Shown here: positions 51,101 to 61,399 of the stretch, piece after piece
Position numbering within the stretch: the first letter of the stretch is position 1
Layout of the letters: each line of letters starts with the position of its first letter
Origin: Balanoglossus misakiensis
Taxonomy: Eukaryota > Animalia > Hemichordata
Reading direction: 5' to 3'
Length of the DNA: 64,000 nucleotides
Assembly (NCBI GenBank): GCA_040954595.2
Contig: CM082596.2
Location: 9,320,461 to 9,384,460, forward strand
Made by a program: the position numbers and the translations under genes
Notes under the pieces: generated by a model
What the model was told of the DNA's origin: nothing
The model's database searches: none
What the model saw: only the letters and a program-made list of their open reading frames with translations

Positions 51101-54100
51101 CCCGAAACTTTTCTTGTTTTACCAATCCTACCAACTATTGTATTGAATTTACAAAATGTTCTAATGTGGGAGGGGGATACCCCCTCCATTCTTTGCCACA
51201 TTTCATTTATTGGCTGCTTTGTCTAATGTACGTGGGCAGAGTACTTGCCAACCCTATCCCACCGATGCCCAACCCCGAAACTTTTCTTGTTTTACCAATC
51301 CTACCAACTATTGTATTGACTTGTCATTTAATTTGTTCATAGATTTCTTTATAGCAACGATATACTATTATATGCTTCAATTACTTTAAGAAATTTATAA
51401 TTGAGGTGTGAGGAGCCTCATTCCCTTTATTGCATACAGTGTACATGTACATAGGATCGGGACGGCGAATGTTTTCGGCGTGGGGGGGGGGGAGGTCATC
51501 ATATATTTGGGCCTGTCAAAGGGGGGAGGGGTCATCATTTTTTGGTCCTGGGTGAAGGGGGAGGGGGTCAGCCTGATTTTAAAAACCCATGACACAAACT
51601 TGCCGCCCCCCCCCCCCCCCCAGCCGTAAAAACTGAACAGTCCCTTATGTATGTATGTATCTTTGTTCTCTACAAAAACTTTAAATATGTGTAAGATCTT
51701 TATTTGGTATAGAGGTGCATTATCACTTATCAGTTATATTTTACTTTCCAGTTCCAGGCTTTTTGGTGGTGGGTGCTGGTCACTGTTGTGGCACTTGCAG
51801 TGATGTGTTGTGTTTTTGTAAGTATGCACATTAAATTTATGTATATATGTACACGTATGTATGTATGTATGTATGTATGTATGGATGGATGGATGGATGG
51901 ATGGATGGATGGATGGATCTTGTGTGGTGCACCTGACTTTGACAGTACCTGTGTGCGAACATTAGAAGCAGCCATCCTGGGCATGGAAATGTGTGCAAGA
52001 TGGCGGCCAGTACCTGACCCTTGCCTTTTAGCTGGCACAGCCAGCAGTGGGAATGGGTCAGGGGGAGCAGGCCAGGAAGTAGACACAGGAAACATTTCTT
52101 CTACAGGCAATGTTTTAAGCTTGTTTTGTTTTTTCCTCAGGTTCAGCACAAGCACATTAAAGAGAAAAAGTCATCGTTGGAAGAACTTACAAAGACCTTT
52201 CACAGGCAGAAAATGAGGCTTCTGAGGAAACAGGAACAGCTACAAATCCAATTAGAATGGATTTCCCAAAATGAGGCAATGATAGATGATTTTACGAAAC
52301 TGGCCGATACTTTCAAGACATTGGAGCAGGAGACAAGGTAGGTGTGGTGTACACTTGTATATATGTGTAAAGTTGAATATACCGCAGTACATGATACTTT
52401 AGTGGCACCTTTGTGAAAGCAAAAATTAAGCGGTCTAATTATGTGGTCAGAAGTATTATATTCACATTCTATATTTTGCAGGACACAATTTTCATTTCAA
52501 TCAGAGCGCACTCATAAGATTTGCACATTGTACATGTGGTATCTCATGACAGTACTGTAGTCATCATGTACTGCATGACTGGTCGGCCCAGCCTCAAGCA
52601 GTTCAAAAATAATGTACACTCAAATGCCAACCAAAATGAAACGGTCTAATCATGTGGAAGTCATTTTGTCAACTGTCACTCATTGTAAAAAAGGGAATTA
52701 AAGCAGTGAAAATGCTCTGAGTGCGTCGACAGAGTTGCATCACCCAGGAAAATACGGATGAAGTCGTCAAAATGCACCCAAATGACAAAAAAGTGGTCTG
52801 GCTGCAAATCGCCTCAGCCAAATTGTGTATAAATTGGGTCCATATAAATGAAAATTGGGTCCACCAAAATTGAAAAGGTGTCTGCAAATATTATAATAGT
52901 TCTGACCTAGAATTTGAATTGTTGTTGGCGTGTAGGGGCCAATATGGTCCATTGCATTTTCTCATCAGGGGCCACCCCTGTTTGTATGTATATTGGCCAG
53001 ACTTTCCCATTGAAAACAACATTTGGATCAAACCACCAATGTGGTGAAAGAGGTAGATTAATTCAAATACTGAATGAACAGCATTGAAGAATTATGTGTC
53101 TTTTAAATTGCGTCTTTTTCAATAATGTCTTAGCTTTCATTTTTGTGTGTATTTACTACGAATGTGGCAGTTTCTTGAAGAGGGTGCATAATTTTGGAAA
53201 TCACTGAAAATAACCTGTAAATTGCTGAAATATGAGTCAGTTTGAGCCCACGAGTCTTGTGCATACTATCAACTACTGTGGAACAGGTTATTTTTGCGAG
53301 CAATAAATTTAAGCGAAATACGGGAGAGCAAAAAATACGCAAAATATAGTTGTGAAAGAACAATGTGCATGAGAACGCGAAAATTAATTCGCGCGTAACA
53401 GTGGCCTCTCGATATCGCGAAAAATTTCAACTCGCGAAAATAATTAGGGGTTATTACACGAATTGTGGTCGATAACGCATCGTATTCGAGTGATTTCGTA
53501 TTTTGACGTGTTGCGCTTCGCAACGAGTCAAAATACGGACATCACGAGAATGCGTCGCGTTATTGACCACAATTCGTGTAGTAACCCCTTTATCATACAT
53601 GCCTACCTATAGAACAGTACGATTTGCGAAAATGCGCCGAGAAAAACGATTTCAAATTTGAACCGTGTGCCCTGGGATCACGGCAGTAGCCATGTTGTGA
53701 CGTATGACGTGTGGGCCGTAGTATCATTTTAAAGGGGTTGGCAGCTTTCATTACGATGGGCTCATCCGCATTCTAAATAAAATTGTCTACGTTCTCTTTC
53801 AAAATATCATGTTAACAATTATTTTGCATTGAGAATTTCGAAGAAGTAAAAATGATACATTCAACATGGCAAAACCGCCTGCTTTGAAGACGTTATTTCA
53901 GCTTCTAATAACTGAATTTTACAACACCCCTCTCCACTAGCGTCATATGCCCTGTACGTCGCTCGCACGCGCATCGCACTGTCGTGCCGCGCGTTCTCAA
54001 AAATAGTTCGAGACGCGGAGTTAAGATATATTGCACTCAGTGTAATACTGTAAAATATCTTTGGGGCGAGAACAATAGAAAGTGCCAAATACAGGCGTTG

Positions 54101-57100
54101 CATGTATGATAACATGTTTTACAGTATCTCTAATGTTGTAATGTCTTGGGTTTCTTTCAGCTGGAATAATCTGCAGCATGAAAAAACCAAGAACGAGTAC
54201 CACCAACATTTCGAACAAATGGTTGAGGCACTGGCCGCTTTCAGCCAAAAAGCCAGAGTGTTGAAAACGTGGTGGAGAAATGCTGCTGAAAGGTATGGTG
54301 AATCTTGACCCCTGTGTGACCTTTACATCCTGGCATTTTGTTGGCATGATTTAATCATTTTGAGTTTAAACTCTGGATCAGTCAAGCTTACACACTGAAT
54401 CTGTGCACTGTAAATCATCCCAAAGCAAAAATTTTGTCTGTTACACAAAAGGGACACATGTTGTGTGTAATGTTGAATCATGTGCCAACAAAACACAGGT
54501 GTTTCTAAAACTTGTAACAAGCAGTTAACCTACAGTAATGACCAATAATGAACTTTATGAATTAAAGTTATGTAGCACTCTTTGATCAACAGTTGAAATT
54601 ACCGCATGAGCTTTCGGGAACATGTAGTCCCCTTCTTCAGATGCACTCGTGGAATGAACAGAGAAACAGAGAATCACGGGGTATTCAAAGTAGAAAATAT
54701 GTGCAGGACCAGGTGCATCAGAAAACAAAAGAAGAGTTGGGTGTGAAAATTGAACAATTGAAATGTTAATGCAAATGTGTAAATGGGGTGGTGTACTGCA
54801 GAAAACTGACAGTTATTTGTAGTGTGACATAAAACCATAGTCCCGGTTAAGTCCCATATCCACACAGTCAAAATGTTCGATTAACTTTAGTTCATCTACT
54901 TCCCGATCACGGTTGTTTTTTATAATTTGCTTTTTTAGAGCTGTCAATAATGAACTTGAAATAGATAGAATGATTAAAGGCACATAAGCTGCAACTTTTG
55001 GGATAATTATCATAATTTTTGTTTCAAACTGTACTACCATTAGTCAATGCAGATGAAGGCTGTGAACTATACACTTGTAAGCACTATAAACCCTAAATAT
55101 GAGTGCATATGCAAGTTTTAACCAGATAAATAATAAAGCTTTGCCGCAAGCGAATATGGCCACCACCGTGGGAAAATGCAAGAAACAATGAAAATGTTGC
55201 ATTTCCGGTTGTGAAACTTCATAAACAAAACATGATCTCATCCACTTGAGCTCATGGAAGAAAATATACACCGCTGAGACATTATATTTTCCTTTTTCAT
55301 TGCAATATTGCACTTTTTTTAAAATTGCAGGAATTTTCGTTTTTTCTTTAATTTTTGGCCATTTTGTCATAAATAAGTGTTGAGCTTGAAATATTATCAT
55401 GAAATAGCATTTAATAGACATAATTAAAAGCATATATGAGATTATTTAAAACTTTAATTTTTTATCCAGTTGCAGCTTATGTGCCTTTAAGGCCAGGAAG
55501 AAAAAGATTAATTGTTCATGGAATTGCTGCTTCTACTTTGGCTGTTTTGGAATTTTTATTTGTTTGGATCTTGGCAAATTCTTACTTCTGCATTACAAAT
55601 ATTCTTAGTTCTGCCGTTGGTGGCGCCCTACACTTTCTCAGGTTTTTGCGAGCACAGGATTTTGAATTAGACTTCCGACATGTTTGGACTGAGTTGTCCG
55701 CAAACACATTGTTCTGATGTCTGAATTTGGGCGAATGACAACGCGCAGTGGGTAGCTTTGGGCACAAATTTCCTCCTTCTGTAAAGGTTGGTACATGTCA
55801 CATCATGAGTATTAATTTGATCTCTAACATTCGATGTGACGGCGAACAGATTTGTTCGAAAGACGCTATTCAGTGTTTGTCCTGATGTTTCGTTTTGCAA
55901 TTTGTCTAACAAGATTGTGACAGCAGATGGTTGGTGCATCTGGTTGAGTGAAAATTGCATCGAAAGTGTATAAAAATTATGACAGCGACAGAACACATGG
56001 TTGCGTTGATGTTTAAATACGATCTGAGGTGTCAGTCTACAGCGAGTTCAACATGAATTTTGCAGTGTTCAATGTGCCTATTAAGACAATCAATTTGCAC
56101 ACAAAGCCATTCCATCGACTTCCGCCTGTACAGCACCATCTGATACTGGCAGCCACATTCAAAATGCGTTTTTGATCATGATGTCCACTGCTACTGATGT
56201 TGGTCTGCCTGACAAAATAAAAGTTTCCCAAAAGCTATTACAATGATATTATTCAGCTGTTTGACGTACTTGGTGCGGACTGGAACAAATTAGACATGGC
56301 TACCGTGACCAGAATAATAGAATCTCACACACCCAAGGACCTGGGATCATATTTCTCACAAGAGTTGGGGTTTTCTGTCCGACAAGTGTGAGAAATATGA
56401 TCCAGGTCCTTGGTGTGTGAGATTATATTTCTCAAACGGTCACATTTTAGCCAAATTCGTTAAAAAATTGAATAAACGACTCTGGAGCTGTAGTCTCGGT
56501 ACGTTGTAGTCTCTGTCCCTATAATACACATCGCGCCATTGGATAAAATTTAGAGCGCATTTGCAAAAGAACGCTTTGTCAACCAATCAGCGATAGCGTC
56601 AGATTCAGCTTTCGATTCAGTGAAAGTGTGGGATCAATTTGTTCTCACACTCCCAGCGTGCCAGGAGTGTGAGAACAGTGTGCGTAGTGAGAGATAGTCT
56701 GTACAGTGTTGTTAGACCATCGTGTAGAATGTGTAGAGACAGTAAAGAGGCCAAGACATGGGGCCAAAGTAAAATGATGTTAGATCCCACCAGGACAATC
56801 TTAAAGAATAATACTTAATTGTTGGATTTCAGTGATTTACTGTGCATTTTATTTTATTCTGAGAGCCTGTTAAATACTCAGAATATATTGTGCAAACACC
56901 AACTGATATATAATGGCCTGTTTTTTTTGCTGGGGAAATACAGTATTGAATTCAGTTACAAGTACAGTACATGTATCAGAGATATTTCTGGTAAAAAGCA
57001 AAACAATTATCTCGCATTGTCTGCATCTGTGCAAATATGCCAGAGAACTGGTTTTACCTTCAGCCTAAAAACATTTAAAAAAATTTCTTCACTCGCCGCT

Positions 57101-59106
57101 CCTGGAACTAGGTCAAAACAATCCAATGAACAAGATTTTTCTCTCTGGCCTAACATCAATATAACTGTTTGCTGCTCCATTTTATGTAGATGGGAATTTA
57201 TATGGGGTTTGTAAAGTTTCTTCAAACATTCAGAGTATGCCAGTTCACATATATGAAAACATCTAAGTCAACGCACAACATTTAACCCTCTTGCTACCGG
57301 GGGTCATAACCCGTTGGGCTGCCGAGTCGTTACGAGACCGCCTCCTTTTCGGTGTATGTAGAATCCGGCATTCTACACCCGCTGGATTACCAGGGTTTTT
57401 GCTTGAAAATCGGGTTTTTGGAGGGTCATTTTAGCTGCTTTTGAACGTGCTAGACTTCAAGTTTGGCACAGTCCCGTGTCGGCGGGACCTCAAACAACAA
57501 TTAACCGGGTAAAAGTTGTGGGTCATCGGGTTCGTTCCCCTGGGAGGGGAGCGTCTGTCAACGTCGTTTCGAGGCTTACTTTTACGAAAATAAAGTTAGT
57601 GCGTTAGCACACGCCATATCACGTCACAACGACGACACCATTAGTTGTCAGTAGGGGACCCAGGGTGTACCGCCAGGGGTGTTCGGGCACCCCTTCCCCT
57701 GCCACTTTCCCGTAGGGTACGAGTTAGTTCAACACGTAATGCGAACGACTAGACACTGGCGCACAGTGTCCCACTCTACAGCCGCCCGACAACGACTCAT
57801 TTCTTCAGACCAGACACACACGGACGTTGTGATAACGACTCATTTCTTCAGACCAGACACAACACGGACGTTGTGATAACGACACGTCCATGCTTACGCA
57901 CGGCAAACTGACGTTCAGTACGGTGTTAATACGCTATAATTTTTTTACGGCACAGGGTTGTACCGACACAGTCATAGGTATCCCGCAAGCTCTGCGGGCC
58001 CCATTTCACCATTTCGTCATGTTTCCCGAGTCGATCCCAAAACGCACTTTCCCAAACAGTGTGTCCCACGAGTGCGTCCGACACCGCTGGCCATCGAAAA
58101 GGTCGATACCCTATGTCGTTGTGGAACCGTCTGTTATAGTAAACAATGCATCGATGCCAAGTACGTTTTTGTCGGACGCAAAAAAACGGTCTCCCCAGGG
58201 TCGGGAATGACCGGCGGAATGTGTCTCTTAGGATAGTGTGCTCTTTGTAGTTCAAGGCAAATAACCCTGTCGAGACTTTCCTGTTCTAACAGATTTTGCC
58301 CTCAAAACGGTAGTTCAAAGTCAACACGTTATAGCGAAGCGCACGCAAACGCCTAGAGACTCCAGCGGGTCGGTAAATCATATCGATCCATACCGATTCG
58401 GTCATTCATCACTCGCCAACGTCCGACTTCTACCCACACCGGAAATCGGGCGGTCTGCTACGGACTCGACAGCGTTAGGGTTAAAGTTGTGCAAAAACTA
58501 ACCAACACTCGAGCACAAATTCCCAGAACATCAAACCTGCGTGAACGATGTCATCGACTGTGACAATTTTTTCTGGTGATGATATGAAATTAAACAACTG
58601 TTTAGTTCCGTGAAAATGGTCATGATAATTGACACTTATTGCATAACTTCAGATGACTATATGAAATTGGAAAAGATGGTCATTTCCACAGAATCCGTGA
58701 TTACTCATTCTGTCTATTTCTAGGATGTTACTGGTCATTACTGCAATTTTCCGCTCATTACTGCTTGTTACAAGTTTAACAAGCACCCAACAAAACACCC
58801 AGAAGTAATTTAGGCACCAAATAACAAGTCCATAAAAACTGAGCATGAATCATTGTCGATGTAGACTGCATATAGTACTACTTGATGGATTTTTTGCATT
58901 ACCTGGCATGTGTACTGCAAAGACAATGCCTGGAGTTATAGAGGGTGTTTTATCACAGAAGCTGTCTTTTGTGTCACATGCAGTCAAATTACTCCTCATT
59001 GTCACCACGACCCTCAGCTCATCATTTATATTTTCCTGTACGGCATCTGTTTGCTTTTTTCAGATACGAGAAACTAGATGCTGGTTTGCAGGATGGAGAA
59101 CATTGA
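45103..59106 (+). CDS. Predicted 5-exon gene for an uncharacterised ~173-aa helical/coiled-coil protein
   Basis: Phase-compatible GT-AG exons 45101-45174 (MWDQEYY..NYK), 46486-46563, 52141-52337, 54161-54292 and 59064-59106 (YEKLDAGLQDGEH*). Possible upstream exon ending 44432. No homology was recognised. Confidence 0.6.
45291..45526. mobile_element. GGCC-ended MITE (Harbinger-like)
   Basis: GGCCAAAATAAAAACGTGCTGTTACGATTAC ... GTAATTGGAACAGCACATTTTTT..GGCC|TAA. Confidence 0.65.
47619..49969 (+). mobile_element. Helentron-associated non-autonomous element (HINE/DINE-1/Pearl-like)
   Basis: T-run followed by AGCTCACGTG-AAAAT-CACGTGAGCT hairpin, GT/GTCT microsatellite, diverged internal repeats, 3' subterminal CACGTGAGC (49937) and a short stem-loop ending in Ts. 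Confidence 0.7.
50634..51644. mobile_element. Harbinger-like MITE with poly-G/poly-C subtermini
   Basis: TGA|GGGACCGTTCAGCTTTTTCGGC ... GCCGTAAAAACTGAACAGTCCC|TTA; internal duplications 50829-50950/51143-51265 and 51094-51146/51267-51319. Confidence 0.7.
51856..51918 (+). repeat. Compound microsatellite (GTAT)n(GGAT)n
   Basis: Directly visible. Confidence 0.95.
53276..54124. mobile_element. TA-flanked MITE split by a hairpin-ended insertion
   Basis: TA|CTGTGGAACAGGTTATTTTTGCGAG..CTCGCGAAAATAA [insert] CATGTTTTACAG|TA; homolog of 4995-5201. Confidence 0.65.
53444..54112. mobile_element. Hairpin-ended non-autonomous element (Crypton-like)
   Basis: ~144-bp imperfect palindrome at 53446-53589, followed by TTATCATACATGC, which is inverted against terminal GCATGTATGATAA (54100-54112). 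ATAA occurs at both junctions. Confidence 0.65.
54540..54973 (-). mobile_element. Penelope-like retroelement 3' fragment (GIY-YIG C-terminus plus pLTR)
   Basis: Peptide RDREVDELKLIEHFDCVDMGLNRDYGFMSHYK* resembles the C-terminal R..E..I..F..GLN motif of Penelope endonucleases. A hammerhead motif follows on the same strand. Confidence 0.7.
54604..54644 (-). ncRNA. Minimal type-I hammerhead ribozyme
   Basis: Minus strand reads GCAT-CTGAAGA-AGGGGA ctacatg TTCCC-GAAA-GC-TC-ATGC: stem I GCAT/ATGC, conserved CUGANGA and GAAA, stem II, palindromic AGCT stem III and a UC cleavage site. Confidence 0.8.
54978..55486. mobile_element. 509-bp Kolobok-type non-autonomous element
   Basis: TTAA|AGGCACATAAGCTGCAAC ... 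GTTGCAGCTTATGTGCCT|TTAA; TIR nearly identical to that of the 35259-42441 Kolobok. Confidence 0.9.
55491..57150. mobile_element. Harbinger-like non-autonomous element with nested insertions
   Basis: TAA|GGCCAGGAAGAAAAAGATTAATTGTTCATGGA ... TCCAATGAACAAGATTTTTCTCTCTGGCC|TAA. Confidence 0.6.
56321..56424. repeat. ~100-bp palindrome (probable end of a third hairpin-ended element)
   Basis: AATCTCACACACCCAAGGACCTGGGATCATATTTCTCACA ... TGTGAGAAATATGATCCAGGTCCTTGGTGTGTGAGATT. Confidence 0.75.
57286..58480. mobile_element. piggyBac-like non-autonomous element
   Basis: TTAA|CCCT ... AGGG|TTAA with imperfect subterminal inverted similarity (GCTG.CGAGTC..AGACCGCC..TTT.CGGTGT..GTAGAA); GC-richer than flanks; internal ~45-bp duplication at ~57790-57885. 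Confidence 0.7.
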
Positions 59107-60250
59107 TCCGTATGCCAACTGGCAGATTGAAGTCCGACTACCAATAGTACCATGCAGAAACTAGATGCTGGTTTGCAGGATGGAGAACACTGATCCGTGT
59201 TCCAACTGGCAGATTGAAGTCTGACTACCAATAGTACCATGCAGAAACTAGATGCTGGTTTGCAGGATGGAGAACATTGATCTGTGTGCCAACTGGCAGA
59301 TTGAAGTCCGACTACCAATAGTACCATGCAGAAACTAGATGCTGGTTTGCAGGATGGAGAACACTGATCTGTGTGCCAACTGGCAGATTGAAGTCCGACT
59401 ACCAATAGTACCATGCAGAAACTAGATGCTGGTTTGCAGGATGGAGAACACTGATCTGTGTGCCAACTGGCAGATTGAAGTCTGACTACCAATAGTACCA
59501 TGCAGAAACTAGATGCTGGTTTGCAGGATGGAGAACACTGATCCGTGTGCCAACTGGCAGATTGAAGTCCGACTACCAATAGTACCATGCAGAAACTAGA
59601 TGCTGGTTTGCAGGATGGAGAACACTGATCTGTGTGCCAACTGGCAGATTGAAGTCCGACTACCAATAGTACCATGCAGAAACTAGATGCTGGTTTGCAG
59701 GATGGAGAACACTGATCTGTGTGCCAACTGGCAGATTGAAGTCCGACTACCAATAGTACCATGCAGAAACTAGATGCTGGTTTGCAGGATGAAGAAAACT
59801 GATCTGTGTGCCACCTGGCAGATTGAAGTCCGACTACCAATAGTACCATGCAGAAACTAGATGCTGGTTTGCAGGATGGAGAACACTGATCTGTGTGCCA
59901 CCTGGCAGATTGAAGTCCGACTACCAATAGTACCATGCAGAAACTAGATGCTGGTTTGCAGGATGGAGAACACTGATCTGTGTGCCAACTGGCAGATTGA
60001 AGTCCGACTACCAATAGTACCATGCAGAAACTAGATGCTGGTTTGCAGGATGGAGAACACTGATCTGTGTGCCAACTGGCAGATTGAAGTCCGACTACCA
60101 ATAGTACCATGCAGAAACTAGATGCTGGTTTGCAGGATGGAGAAAACTGATCTGTGTGTCAACTGGCAGATTGGAGTCCGACTACCAATAGTACCATGCA
60201 GAAACTAGATGCTGCGTTGAAGGATGGCGGAGATTGATCTGTATGCCACC
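59069..60250 (+). repeat. 93-bp tandem array (~12.5 near-identical units)
   Basis: Unit AGAAACTAGATGCTGGTTTGCAGGATGGAGAACACTGATCTGTGTGCCAACTGGCAGATTGAAGTCCGACTACCAATAGTACCATGC-like; gives the 31-aa periodic antisense ORF 59022..60110. Confidence 0.97.
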
Positions 60251-61399
60251 ATAGCAGAGGAATGCTGCAAGATGATTTGGACCAGAAGTCCAACTACCAT
60301 GCAGTCTCCATGATGACTCATCTGTCAACAGAGGTCCGTAGACGCATGGACTCCCAGCTTGCAGTGCTTACGGTAGTTTTGGGGGCATCCCTGCCATGCA
60401 TTTTTATATATTTGTGTAAATTTAGTTAATTTTGGTGTACACATCTATATTTGAACGGTTTATTTATATAGGTATATTAAGTTATTTTGTTAGTTGTTAC
60501 TTGTAGTTATAGTTAGTTATAATATAGTATAGTTATATGGTATTTATGTTTGTTTGTTTGTTTGTTTGTGTGGTGTAAGTGTGTGTGTCATTCAAAGTGT
60601 AGGGTACCTGTTTATTATACCACGGTCACACTGGTAAAAATTTGAAACGTTTCGGAGATACTATTTGCCTATTGTAAACACAGAGAATTAATCCTTTGAG
60701 TCGCTTGTGTCCACACAAGCAAAGTTTATGTATAGGCGCTGAGGCTCGGCCCCATAGACAATGAGTTGCAGAGAGGTGTTAATTCTTACATTGACTTGTT
60801 TCGCAGTATAATCTAATGTGGCTATTGGTCCATATTGGATGGTATTGTGACGTGTTGTTTGCAGTGAGGTTTGATACAGCTCCCAGCAGACACCACTTTG
60901 TGTGAATTTCTTCACGTCATCGCCAATTTGTCACTATTGTGGGTTATTTGTTTGGTGTTATGATTTCGCCCCTTTAACTGTCGATCCAGTAGAGACAGTG
61001 TCATTAACAATGGATTGCCATGCATAACTTGACGAGGAGAGTCCATGGAAAATCAGTTTTATTCAAGAACTAGATTAGTTGGAGCCTTGGAAGACTACAT
61101 CATAGAATTTGTAATGATAACCGTTGACCCTTTGATACAAGGTGTCTGTAATGAATTTGGAGTCGCTTTGAGATGAAAATTCAGAAAATGTGGACCATGA
61201 CATTGAGAGTTCGTCCCTACAATGATTGGAAGTCTTTTTTCACGTTAAAAAAACATGTGCTAATTATAGAACATACGTAAGAGAGTATGTTGAACAACAT
61301 CTTTGGAGAACATATAAACAGAGTATACTGCTTTGTATTGCCTTGTTAGCCTTTGTGTAAATTACAGGCTCTTGCTTCTAATACTTGTGTCAAACTTTT

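Noticed and set aside
59022-60110. 362-aa Cys-rich repeat protein on the minus strand
   Set aside because: It is open only because one frame of a 93-bp unit lacks stops; it has no independent gene signals and is antisense to the spliced gene model.
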